Of a stretch of 42,596 bases of DNA, positions 24,014-32,341 are shown one piece after another. The notes beneath the pieces are model-generated. The model ran no database searches, was not told the origin of the DNA, and saw only the letters and a program-made list of their open reading frames with translations. Every line of letters starts with the position of its first letter. Position 1 is the stretch's first letter. This stretch comes from Chloroflexota bacterium (GTDB lineage Bacteria > Chloroflexota > Dehalococcoidia > SM23-28-2 > RBG-16-64-32): assembly GCA_005880075.1 (NCBI GenBank), contig VBJT01000001.1, positions 4,379-46,974 of the forward strand, in the 5' to 3' direction. A program made the translations under genes and the position numbers.

Positions 24014-24109
24014 TTAGAAGAAAGGGCTCTGCGCAGCCACCGTTGCCAGTGCTACGGCAACGAGCGTCACCACCCAGTGAAGCCGTATCGTCTTTGCGCT
24101 AAGGTCCAT
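24014..24109 (-). CDS. 31-codon prepeptide gene, copy 2
   Basis: My translation is MDLSAKTIRLHWVVTLVAVALATVAAQSPFF. GAGGAG SD lies 7 nt upstream. It has the same length and architecture as copy 1. Confidence 0.55.
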   Translation of the reverse strand: MDLSAKTIRLHWVVTLVAVALATVAAQSPFF

Positions 24110-24148
24110 CGCTTCGTCTCCTCGACTGCCGGTTCTCTTTCTGGTCCG

Positions 24149-24181
24149 AGTCTCTCAAAGCGCTCTCGCCGAAATCTCGCC
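24149..24181 (-). promoter_or_regulatory. Two GGCGAG direct repeats at 11-bp phasing plus a conserved TGAGAGACT (candidate activator-dependent promoter of copy 2)
   Basis: Minus-strand GGCGAG at 24176-24181 and 24165-24170. TGAGAGACT (24149-24157) lies 7 nt downstream of the proximal repeat, the same geometry as copy 1. Confidence 0.4.
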
Positions 24182-24416
24182 GGAAGGAATGCGGGCAGAG
24201 AAGGGGATAGCCGGAAGAGGCAGTCGCCTATTATGAGCGCGGCGTTATACGCGGAAGGACAAGGAGACCGGGGCAATCGCGCGTCTCCAATTTGTAGCGA
24301 GTTCGGCCAGCCATGATTTCTGGCGCCGCAGGCCGATGAAGGGTATTTCCACATTCCCTGCATGGCCCAGATCTGACATGGCCGACCGAGAGAATCGGGG
24401 TAAGGCAGTGGTTGCG

Positions 24417-27400
24417 TTATCTGCCGCTGGCTATCTGCCGCTGCAGTTCGTCGAAGCTGGCCACATCGTCACCCATCTCTTCGGCCCCAAGCACCTGTAC
24501 GTAGCGTTTGTAGCAGAACTTGGCTGCTTCGCTCTGGCCAGAAAGAACATAATTGCTCATCAGCCGGTACCAGGCCGCTTCGTTATACTCATCGAGCTCC
24601 AGGATCCGCTGGCAGATGTCCGCGCTCCGCTTGTACTCTTTCGCGTCGCTGAACACAGTGGCGAGTGTCGTCAAAATGCTCATGTGCTGCTCAGCCAGCT
24701 GCCACCGCAGCGTCTCCGCCCACTCCGAGTAGAAGTCCATGGCAAATGACCCGCTGTAGAGCGCAAGCGCCTCCTCCATCAGAGCAGTCGCTTCAGCGCT
24801 ACCCTTCGACACGCGACCCGCTTCCGCCAGGAGCTGCTGGAAGCGCTCGACATCAAACGCGAACTCGCTTCGCGGGTCAAGGATGTAGCGCCCCGAGTCT
24901 TTGGCGATACATTCCGAGTATAAGGCCTTGCGTAGCCGGTACATGTTCGAGTGGAACGCGCTTGTCGTTTTCTCGTCCGGAAGGTCGGGCCAGAGAGCGG
25001 CGACGATCTCCTCTTTGCGCAGCGGTCTCCTGTTGCAGAGGAAGAAGAAGAACATCTCCTTGCTCTTCTCGCTTCTCCACTCGAGGTCCGTGATTTCCCG
25101 GCCGGCAAGCTCTACTCTCACGTTTCCGAACCCATAGGCATGGACCGCGGCCTCGATCTGCGCCTCGGGCTGTGATTCAATCGCCTCAGCTTGCACTGGC
25201 GCGGCCGCTTTTCGCGGGCCCTTCATCGTCTTGAGCAGCCGCCCGAAGTATTCCCCGGCAAGCTTATTGGCCGCAGCGTACTGTACGAGAAGCGGGTTGC
25301 GCGCCGCCTCCAGGCGCACGAAGTGGTCGTATCCCAGCTCCGAAACCAGTGTTGCCACTTCCTCGAGCGCCTCCAGCGCCAGCTTTTTACGCTTCAGCGA
25401 GAAATGTACGCTTGCCAGGTGAAATAATGCGGTCGCCAGCTCCCGCTTGGCGTCACTGTCCCTCAGCAGGTTGACGGCGCGCTCGATCGCGGCCGTGGCT
25501 GCCTTTAGATCACCGGAGTCGCGCTTAATTAGACCGAGAGTTGTCGACGAGACCCCGAGCTCGAGAGTCCCCCCCTTTTCTTCAGCCAATGCAAGGGCCC
25601 GCTGGGCCCACGCCTCGGAGTTGGCCGCGTCTCCCATCAACCGATAGGTCTTTGCTACACCGTCGGAGATATAGCTGCTGATTAGCACCTCGTCCATTGT
25701 CTGAGCCAATCGCAGCGCTTCAAAGTAGAGTTCGTTTGCCAGTGCGTACTCGCCCCGGTCCCGTTTAACATCAGCTAGATTTTGACGGAGGTACATTTCG
25801 GGCCTCGCGTTGCTGAGAGGCCCGGCCCTATCCAGTCCTTCCCGAAGCGCCGTTTCGGCCTGGTCAAACTCGCCCTGGAGGTAATAGAGCACGCCCAAGT
25901 TGTTGACGGTGCGCAGGTGGGCTGCATCGTTGCGGAGCTTCAGCCAGCACTGTCTCGCCCGTTCGAAATAGATGGCCGCGTCGGCGAGCCGACCCATCTG
26001 AGCGAGCGCGATGGCAAGGTCGTCCGCAACCGCGGCTACGTTGTAGACGTCTCCTTTTGCTTCGTAAATATCGAGAACGCCCCGTAGTTCGGTCTCCGCC
26101 TGCTTGAGCTCGCCGCACCAGTTGAGTGAAATGCCCAGCTGCTTTCTTGCCTCCGTAAGTAGGGGCGCCGGTCCATCGTGTGCCAGGAGAAGCGCTTCAG
26201 CCTTCTTTAGCGCCTGTTTGGAGGCCTCGTGGTCCCCCTTCGCGCGCAGGCACATACCTTCGATTACCAGCGCTTCCGCCTGCAGCGCCCACTCCTGGCT
26301 CGCCTCGAACGAAGCGATAGCGCGCCAAAGGAGATTGAGCGCAAGGTCAATCTGGCTCACGTTGTGTAAGATGCGAGCCTTCCAGAGCATTAGCTTCGGC
26401 TGTCGCGCGAGTTGCTCGTCTGGTACCGCATCGAGCCATTCGGCCAGCGTGTCCCAGCGTCCCTCTTCGAACATTTGCCAGCCCACACGGTCCGTCACCT
26501 GCACGATGCGCTCCCAGCCGCCCGCCTGGATGTAGTGATAGACCGCCTCTTCCCACTGTTCGGCTTTCTCCATCAGCTCGGCGGCCCGAAGATTCAGCTC
26601 GCGGAAGCGCTCCGGCTGCTGGCTGCGGAGGTGACTTACGAGAAACGCGCGGAACAGCCGGTGATAGCGAGTGCGCCTACCGTTCGTTTCTTCCGTTAGG
26701 ACGAACAGGTTCAACCGTCGCAGCTGATTTAGGCGGGCCTCGGCGTCCGTTACAGCGAGCAGTTCGTCCAAGAACTGCTCATCCAGCCAGCGCGGTATCG
26801 CGCTGCCGGTCAGGAACTCCTTGAGGTCGTTTGGTAGCGGATCGAACTGCTCGAGCTTGACGTACTGAAACAGCGTGTCCGAGCCGCGAAGGTGCTCGAG
26901 CGAAATGGCCGTTCGGCTCATCTGCACCCTGTCCGCCAGCAAGACGAGCGCGCCTGCCCACCCTTCCGATACGTCGGCCAGGTGCTGAGCGTCATCGAGC
27001 GAGACTTCCCTTCGGAGCACATCGCGAAAGAGATGCACGACTTCTTCGCAGGTAAAGGAAAAATCGGTCGCGCCGATAGTGTCCACCTCCTGGCGGACAG
27101 ACATGAGCGGAAGTATTCCGAGCTGGGGCTGCGTCCGCCCGGAGAGGATGACGTGGCAGTCCGGGGGCAGGCGGTAGAGCCAGCCTTCGATTATCTGCGT
27201 CAGTTCGGGCTCCGCCTCGTCTAGGAAGTGGAAGTCATCAAGGATAAACGTCAAGGGCGGACCCGCTTGCATAGCTGAGACTAGCAGCTCTACTGCGCGC
27301 TCAGGTTCAACCGGGTCGCCCATCGCAACGGCGGCGGCCAGCTCGAAGGCAAAATCCGGTTGCCGCTCGCGCCCCGAAGCAACCAGATAACGCAGGAACA

Positions 27401-27782
27401 TGCCGGGGTCACGGTCACGCTCGTCGAGGCTATACCAGCAGACCGGGTCCCTCGCGCCCTGCGCAAAGTCCAGGAGAAGCGTAGTCTTGCCGTAGCCCGC
27501 TGGAGCGCTCACCAAGGTTATCCTTCGCTCGCGTGCGTGCGAAATCGCTTCTATGAGGCGCCGGCGCCTTACGATCGCCGGGCGGCGGACAGGCAGGCGC
27601 ACCTTGGAAGGGTATGGGACTTCCAAGGCGCTATGACCCCGTTTACGGGTCTCTGCGGTTTCTGTCATCTCACCCCGGTCTATAGGGACTGTCCCACTCG
27701 TCTGAACTAAAGACGTGGACGCGAGGTTGGTGTTACGAATCAACAACGAAAGATTTATCGATGGGCCGGGTAAGCGATTCAT
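24417..27782 (-). CDS. Large transcriptional regulator: MalT-like STAND P-loop ATPase, then TPR array, then C-terminal SARP module (OmpR-type winged helix plus BTAD)
   Basis: Walker A in RITLVSAPAGYGKTTLLLDF, and Walker B-like TFILDDFH. A long TPR region follows. The C-terminus has LEWRSEKSKEMFFFFLCNRRPLRKEEIVAALWPD...YRLRKAL (wHTH), then a BTAD pattern (ALALYSGSF...AAWYRLMSNYVLSGQSEAAKFCYKRY). The start is possibly the ATG at 27668 (MTETAE...) behind GGGGTGAG. Confidence 0.85.
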   Translation of the reverse strand: MNRLPGPSINLSLLIRNTNLASTSLVQTSGTVPIDRGEMTETAETRKRGHSALEVPYPSKVRLPVRRPAIVRRRRLIEAISHARERRITLVSAPAGYGKTTLLLDFAQGARDPVCWYSLDERDRDPGMFLRYLVASGRERQPDFAFELAAAVAMGDPVEPERAVELLVSAMQAGPPLTFILDDFHFLDEAEPELTQIIEGWLYRLPPDCHVILSGRTQPQLGILPLMSVRQEVDTIGATDFSFTCEEVVHLFRDVLRREVSLDDAQHLADVSEGWAGALVLLADRVQMSRTAISLEHLRGSDTLFQYVKLEQFDPLPNDLKEFLTGSAIPRWLDEQFLDELLAVTDAEARLNQLRRLNLFVLTEETNGRRTRYHRLFRAFLVSHLRSQQPERFRELNLRAAELMEKAEQWEEAVYHYIQAGGWERIVQVTDRVGWQMFEEGRWDTLAEWLDAVPDEQLARQPKLMLWKARILHNVSQIDLALNLLWRAIASFEASQEWALQAEALVIEGMCLRAKGDHEASKQALKKAEALLLAHDGPAPLLTEARKQLGISLNWCGELKQAETELRGVLDIYEAKGDVYNVAAVADDLAIALAQMGRLADAAIYFERARQCWLKLRNDAAHLRTVNNLGVLYYLQGEFDQAETALREGLDRAGPLSNARPEMYLRQNLADVKRDRGEYALANELYFEALRLAQTMDEVLISSYISDGVAKTYRLMGDAANSEAWAQRALALAEEKGGTLELGVSSTTLGLIKRDSGDLKAATAAIERAVNLLRDSDAKRELATALFHLASVHFSLKRKKLALEALEEVATLVSELGYDHFVRLEAARNPLLVQYAAANKLAGEYFGRLLKTMKGPRKAAAPVQAEAIESQPEAQIEAAVHAYGFGNVRVELAGREITDLEWRSEKSKEMFFFFLCNRRPLRKEEIVAALWPDLPDEKTTSAFHSNMYRLRKALYSECIAKDSGRYILDPRSEFAFDVERFQQLLAEAGRVSKGSAEATALMEEALALYSGSFAMDFYSEWAETLRWQLAEQHMSILTTLATVFSDAKEYKRSADICQRILELDEYNEAAWYRLMSNYVLSGQSEAAKFCYKRYVQVLGAEEMGDDVASFDELQRQIASGR

Positions 27783-27807
27783 TCGACGGGGACGCGTCTA
27801 CCGGGCG

Positions 27808-28575
27808 TTAGGCGCGGCCTTGCTGCTCGAGGCGGCGGCGGCGCTGCGCTAGGAGCCGGCTGTACAGCAGTAGATCGGCGTCGCTGTAGACGGCGTCGCC
27901 CATCTCGCTGCCTCGCTTCAGCGATTTCATCGTCGCTTTCGTTAGCGCGACAGGCAGCGGCGGGTTCGCGATGATGCGCTCGGCAAGCTCACGCGCCATC
28001 CGCTCCTCTTCCTCATCGGCGGAAACGTGGGTAACGAGACCGTACTCATAGGCCTTTTCCGCGCTGAACCGATCGCACGTGATCGTCAATTCGAGTGCGC
28101 GCGCGTGGCCCATTTCACGGGCGAGGCGAGGAAGCGCGTTCCAGCCGAGCGGCAGGCCGAGCTCAACCTCGGGAATCGAAAACCACGCCGATTCCCCGGC
28201 GACCCGGAGGTCGCAGCACGCCGCGAGGACCAGCGCGCCGCCGATGGCGAAACTCTGGACCGACGCGATCGTGATCTGGTCGAGCCCCTCGATCGCCGCT
28301 GAAGTGCGACTCCCGATTCCAGACATGTGCCGGACTTCCAGCTCGTTGGCCGACGCTGATTCGCGCCACTCGCTCGTGTCCGCCCCGGACGAAAAGACGC
28401 CGCCCTCACCCCCGAGGATCACCACTCGGGTCTCGAAGTCGTCAGCCAGCGCTCGGCAGACCGCCTGCACCTCGAGATGCATCTGCCGGTTGATGGCGTT
28501 CTTTTTCTCCGGCCGGTTGAACCGCACCAGCATCAGAGCATCCTGGCGCTCGACCTTTAGCGTCTCGTATTTCAT
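27808..28575 (-). CDS. Enoyl-CoA hydratase/isomerase (crotonase) family protein
   Basis: LVRFNRPEKKNAI, GGEGGVFSSGADTSEW and the crotonase fold pattern. The ATG at 28575 is one codon inside the track GTG. Confidence 0.85.
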   Translation of the reverse strand: MKYETLKVERQDALMLVRFNRPEKKNAINRQMHLEVQAVCRALADDFETRVVILGGEGGVFSSGADTSEWRESASANELEVRHMSGIGSRTSAAIEGLDQITIASVQSFAIGGALVLAACCDLRVAGESAWFSIPEVELGLPLGWNALPRLAREMGHARALELTITCDRFSAEKAYEYGLVTHVSADEEEERMARELAERIIANPPLPVALTKATMKSLKRGSEMGDAVYSDADLLLYSRLLAQRRRRLEQQGRA

Positions 28576-28584
28576 CACGCTCGC

Positions 28585-28613
28585 AGTCTAGGCGAGCCGA
28601 GGTGGTTTGTCAC
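28585..28613 (-). promoter_or_regulatory. Possible promoter giving a very short or absent leader for the crotonase gene
   Basis: Minus strand reads GTGACA (28608-28613), a 17-nt spacer, then TAGACT (28585-28590). The ATG lies only 9 nt further on. Confidence 0.3.
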
Positions 28614-28669
28614 TAAATCGGGGATTTCGTTTTTTGCCTTTTTCGGTTGTACTTACGTGTTTTCTAGAA

Positions 28670-29912
28670 TCATATTACCGGCCCCGCTTCCGGCAGTGGC
28701 GGTGCTGGGTGTTCTGCAGGTTCGGCTGGCGAGGCTCGTAGTCCGCGCACCGGCGAGGCGGCGAGCCACAGCGCGGCGAGCAGCATCGCCACGGAGGCGA
28801 GCGTCAGCGTACCGCGCAGCCCGAGCGTCTCACCCAGACCGCCTCCGGCCAGAATGCCGAGCAGCAATACACCGTGGGCGCAGATCTCGAAGGCGGCATT
28901 GACCCGCCCGAGCAGGCGGTCGGGCGTTATCGTCTGGCGCAAGCTGACCTCGTTGATGCTGTAGACGATGAAGCCCCCGTCGCCCAGCTGCTGAGCCACC
29001 AGGAAGGCTGCCGCCAGGACCGCCCCTCCAGGGGCCAGGGGCACGAGAAGCATCGACGCACCAATGAATGCGAGCCCGGCCACCATCGAAGGGCCTATAC
29101 CGAGCCGCGAGGCTGCCCGCGAAGCGAAGACTGCCCCGACAAGCGAGCTCACGCCGCCGACCGCATAAATCATGCCGAGAACACCTGGCTGGAAATTGAG
29201 CACTCGAATGACGTATAAGCCGAAGGCCGCGCCGAACATTCCGAATGCGAAGTGGTTCAGGCATTCGCTTACTATCGTCGCTCTGAGGAATCGGTTGTCC
29301 AGAATGGTCCGAATTCCTTCCTGCGCCTCGCGGATAATCCCGATGCGCTCCCCTTTGGGCGCCGGCGAGTTTTCCATCTTGTTGATTCGCCCAATGAAGA
29401 ACGCGGAGAAGAGAAAGGACACCGCATCTATCAGGATCGCGATCGGACCGCTGAAGACTTGAACGAGCCACCCGGCCGTACCAAACGCTCCGACCTCAGC
29501 CGCTGACTCACTTGCGGTTAGCTTGCTGTTGCCCTCCAGCAATTGCTGTCAGAAACGCCACCACGTACAGCTGCTCCATTGTCAGAGCATCGAAGGCGTA
29601 GGTTGCCGGGATTGAGGCGAGCAGAGCTGCCCGGCCAAGGTCGGCGGCGATCATAATGGGACGGCGCCGGAGGCGGTCGACCCAGACGCCCACGAAAGGC
29701 GCGAAAATCAGCTCGGGCACGATACCCATGGCGAGGAGTGTCGCGATCTGCAAAGGTCGTGCATCGAGAACGAGAATGGCGGTGAATTGCAGCGCCGTCC
29801 GGCCGATCAATGAGCCGAAGACCGAGATCGTCTCGCCGGCCCAGAGCTTCACGAAGTCGGGATGCTGCCAAAGCCCATCGAAGCGGATGCGCGAAGAGAT
29901 CCACCCGCTCAT
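28670..29912 (-). pseudogene. MFS transporter (EntS/MFS_3-like) disrupted by an internal out-of-frame deletion
   Basis: The N-terminal ORF (29508-29912) and C-terminal ORF (28670-29542) are in different frames and overlap. The junction reads ...LYVVAFLTAI / QLLEGNSKL..., with about 20 residues missing compared with the paralog at 14031-15419. Confidence 0.7.
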
Positions 29913-30169
29913 GACTTCGACACCTCACGAGCGGAGAGGGAGTTTTGCCACCGAGCCGCGGCTGAATTGCAATTGCACGGGCGTGAGAGGGCGACCCGAC
30001 CACGACCGGCGCCCCGGCCGGTCGCCCCATCATCCGCCGGAAGCCGGGGGTTTGGGGCTGTCCCCCAATAACCTCCCGGGCGGGTGGGTGGGAAGATGGT
30101 CGCTCGGGACACAGGGCAAGCGCGGCCAATTTCCCGTTGGCTTGCCTCAGGAACCAGAGAGGTCCCCAC

Positions 30170-31369
30170 TTAGAGCCCTTTGTAGTTGATAAACTGACCG
30201 ATCTTCGTCACCGGCTCGATCAGGTCGGCCGAGTCCTCGATCACCGTCTCGATCGGCTTGTAGGCCGAAGGCGCCTCGTCCAGCAGCTTCTTGGCGTCGC
30301 GGTCCAGCCACGTCTTGCCCGCCATCTGCTTGCGGAACTCTTCCGCCGAGAGCGTCTTCCGCGCCTGGTTCCGGCCCATCACCCGCCCGGCGCCGTGCGG
30401 GCTGGTCGCGTACGCCTCGTCGTTCCCGCGCCCGCGCACGATGTACGTCGCCGCGCCCATGCTGCCGGGGATGATGCCCATCTTGCCCTCGCTTGCGTCG
30501 ATCGCGCCCTTGCGCGTGATCCAGCTGCCATCGTCTAGCCGCTCGGCGTAGTTGTGGTGGCAGTTGATGCGCTGTACCTCGTTCCAATCGCTCCCCACCT
30601 CCAGCGAGACGGCCTCCATCAACGAGTCCATCATCGCCTCGCGCTGCGCATAGGCATAATGCTGCGCCCACAGCATGTCCTCCAGGTAGGCCTCCGCCTC
30701 CTTCGTCCCGGCCATCAGGTAGGCGAAGTCCTTGTCCTCGAGCGCGATCCCCTCGGCGGCGCAGGCGTCCTTCGCGACGTGCACATGCGAAGTCGCGAGC
30801 AGGTTCCCAATGCCCCGCGAGCCCGAGTGCAGCAGCAGCCACACCTGCCCGCGCGCGTCCTCGCAGACCTCAACAAAGTGGTTACCGGCGCCGAGTGTCC
30901 CGAACTGGATTAGCGCCTTATTGCGCAGGTCCGGCGAGCGGCCGACGAGCGCCGCATTGTCGATGCCGGCCGGGAACCCGTTATCGTCGATGAACCGCTT
31001 CGCTTGCGCGAGCGGCCGCTTGTGGCTCGTGCCGACGCCGGAAGGAATCAGCTCGCGAATGTTATGGAGGACGCGGCCCTCCTTGCCGACGAAATCGTTC
31101 CGCTGTACGTCGGTCTGCACAGCGATCATCCCGCAGCCAATGTCCACGCCAACCGCGTAGGGCATTACCGCCTTCTTCGTCTTCAGCGCGCTCCCAACGG
31201 GCGGCCCGAAGCCGAAATGGGCATCGGGCATCAGCGCGAGATAGCCCTCGATGATCGCCAGCCGGCTGATTCGCTCCGCCTGCCGCATCGTTGCGTCGTC
31301 GATAATCGACGCCCAGGACTTGATCGTCCCCTTCCCGTATTCGTTTTCCGTCTCGTAAACCCCGATCAT
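30170..31369 (-). CDS. rtcB: RNA 3'-phosphate ligase RtcB
   Basis: MPDAHFGFGPPVG, DIGCGM, HSGSRGIGN and the INCHHNYA motifs. About 400 aa, the short bacterial form. The ATG at 31369 is preferred over the TTG at 31372. Confidence 0.9.
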   Translation of the reverse strand: MIGVYETENEYGKGTIKSWASIIDDATMRQAERISRLAIIEGYLALMPDAHFGFGPPVGSALKTKKAVMPYAVGVDIGCGMIAVQTDVQRNDFVGKEGRVLHNIRELIPSGVGTSHKRPLAQAKRFIDDNGFPAGIDNAALVGRSPDLRNKALIQFGTLGAGNHFVEVCEDARGQVWLLLHSGSRGIGNLLATSHVHVAKDACAAEGIALEDKDFAYLMAGTKEAEAYLEDMLWAQHYAYAQREAMMDSLMEAVSLEVGSDWNEVQRINCHHNYAERLDDGSWITRKGAIDASEGKMGIIPGSMGAATYIVRGRGNDEAYATSPHGAGRVMGRNQARKTLSAEEFRKQMAGKTWLDRDAKKLLDEAPSAYKPIETVIEDSADLIEPVTKIGQFINYKGL

Positions 31370-31454
31370 CAATAACCCATTCGTATGCGCTTACTAATCC
31401 GTTCGTGCTGAATTCACCGAAGCCGAAGCGAGTGACGGGCACACACGCTCGCCC

Positions 31455-32306
31455 CTAACCCTGCCTCTTCAACTGCCCTGTCTTCCGCGCCCAGCGTTCA
31501 GCCACCGCAAATACGGCGATACTGCCGGGCACGAGCACTATGCCGAAGAGGACCAGAATGCCCAGCGGGCCGAGCAGGTCCTGGACACCGTCGCCGTCGA
31601 TAATCGCCCCGCGGATACCGTCCAGGAGGTAAGTCGCCGGCGAGACGTACGAGAAGACGCGCAGCCACGGCGGCAGCACGTCGACGCTGTAGTACACACC
31701 CGAGATCAGCAGCACGACCGCTTGGATCATGAACGACATCTGCGTCCCGCGCTCTGGGTACAGCAGCGGCAGCACGCCCGTCAGGATGCCAAGGCCGGCA
31801 ACGCTAACGCTGCCCACGATGATCACAACCGCCGCGGCGAACCAGTTGGCCTGCCCCAGGTCCACGCTGAAGAACGGCACCGCGATCGCGAAGATCAGCG
31901 CCGTCCGTACGATCGCGTGCAGCACCCCGAAGATCGACATGCCGATCAAGTGCACGGCACGCGATACAGGCGCCATGAGGGTGTGCTCGATCGTTCCCTC
32001 CCAGCGCTCCCAGGTGATCACGAGGCTAATGTCGTCCAGCACCGCGGACAGGTACGCCCAAACGAGCGTTCCCAGCAGCAGAAAGAGCACGAGGTTCGAC
32101 GCATCCGTCGTGATTCCTGCCTGCTCCGCCTCCTTCGCAATGAATGTGATCGCCAGCGTGTTCACCACGCCGTAGACGAGCCACACCAGCTCCCATGCCC
32201 AGTAGCGCTTCCACAGGTTCGTCTGGCGCTCGACGAACGCGTAGGCAAGGTTGACCGGCCCGCGAATTAGCCCGGGCTGCGCTGTTCGCTCTCCTACGTT
32301 CAACAT
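31455..32306 (-). CDS. ABC-2 type exporter permease
   Basis: Six-helix ABC-2 membrane pattern of about 283 aa, in an operon with the ABC ATPase at 33913-34791. Confidence 0.8.
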   Translation of the reverse strand: MLNVGERTAQPGLIRGPVNLAYAFVERQTNLWKRYWAWELVWLVYGVVNTLAITFIAKEAEQAGITTDASNLVLFLLLGTLVWAYLSAVLDDISLVITWERWEGTIEHTLMAPVSRAVHLIGMSIFGVLHAIVRTALIFAIAVPFFSVDLGQANWFAAAVVIIVGSVSVAGLGILTGVLPLLYPERGTQMSFMIQAVVLLISGVYYSVDVLPPWLRVFSYVSPATYLLDGIRGAIIDGDGVQDLLGPLGILVLFGIVLVPGSIAVFAVAERWARKTGQLKRQG

Positions 32307-32341
32307 CTCGCTACTCCCCGTTCTTAGTTGGCTACCTATGC

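Noticed and set aside
24067-24363. 98-aa minus-strand ORF and 110-aa plus-strand ORF (23984-24316) in the regulator / prepeptide spacer
   Set aside because: Both overlap the SD-led 31-codon gene in other frames. They have no ribosome-binding site and an unprotein-like composition. The duplicated small-gene structure explains this DNA better.
29913-30169. Guanidine-I (ykkC) riboswitch upstream of the MFS gene
   Set aside because: Fragments resemble conserved blocks (CTGGTTCC, GTCCCGAGCG, GCCCGGGAGG). However, the ACGG-GGGA-loop-CCC P3 hairpin is absent and the spacing does not fit. This should be settled with cmsearch, not asserted.
29518-30842. ORFs 29518-30129 (-), 29656-30189 (+) and 30147-30842 (-)
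   Set aside because: They overlap the MFS pseudogene or rtcB in other frames, with Arg/Gly/Pro-rich composition and no recognisable domains.
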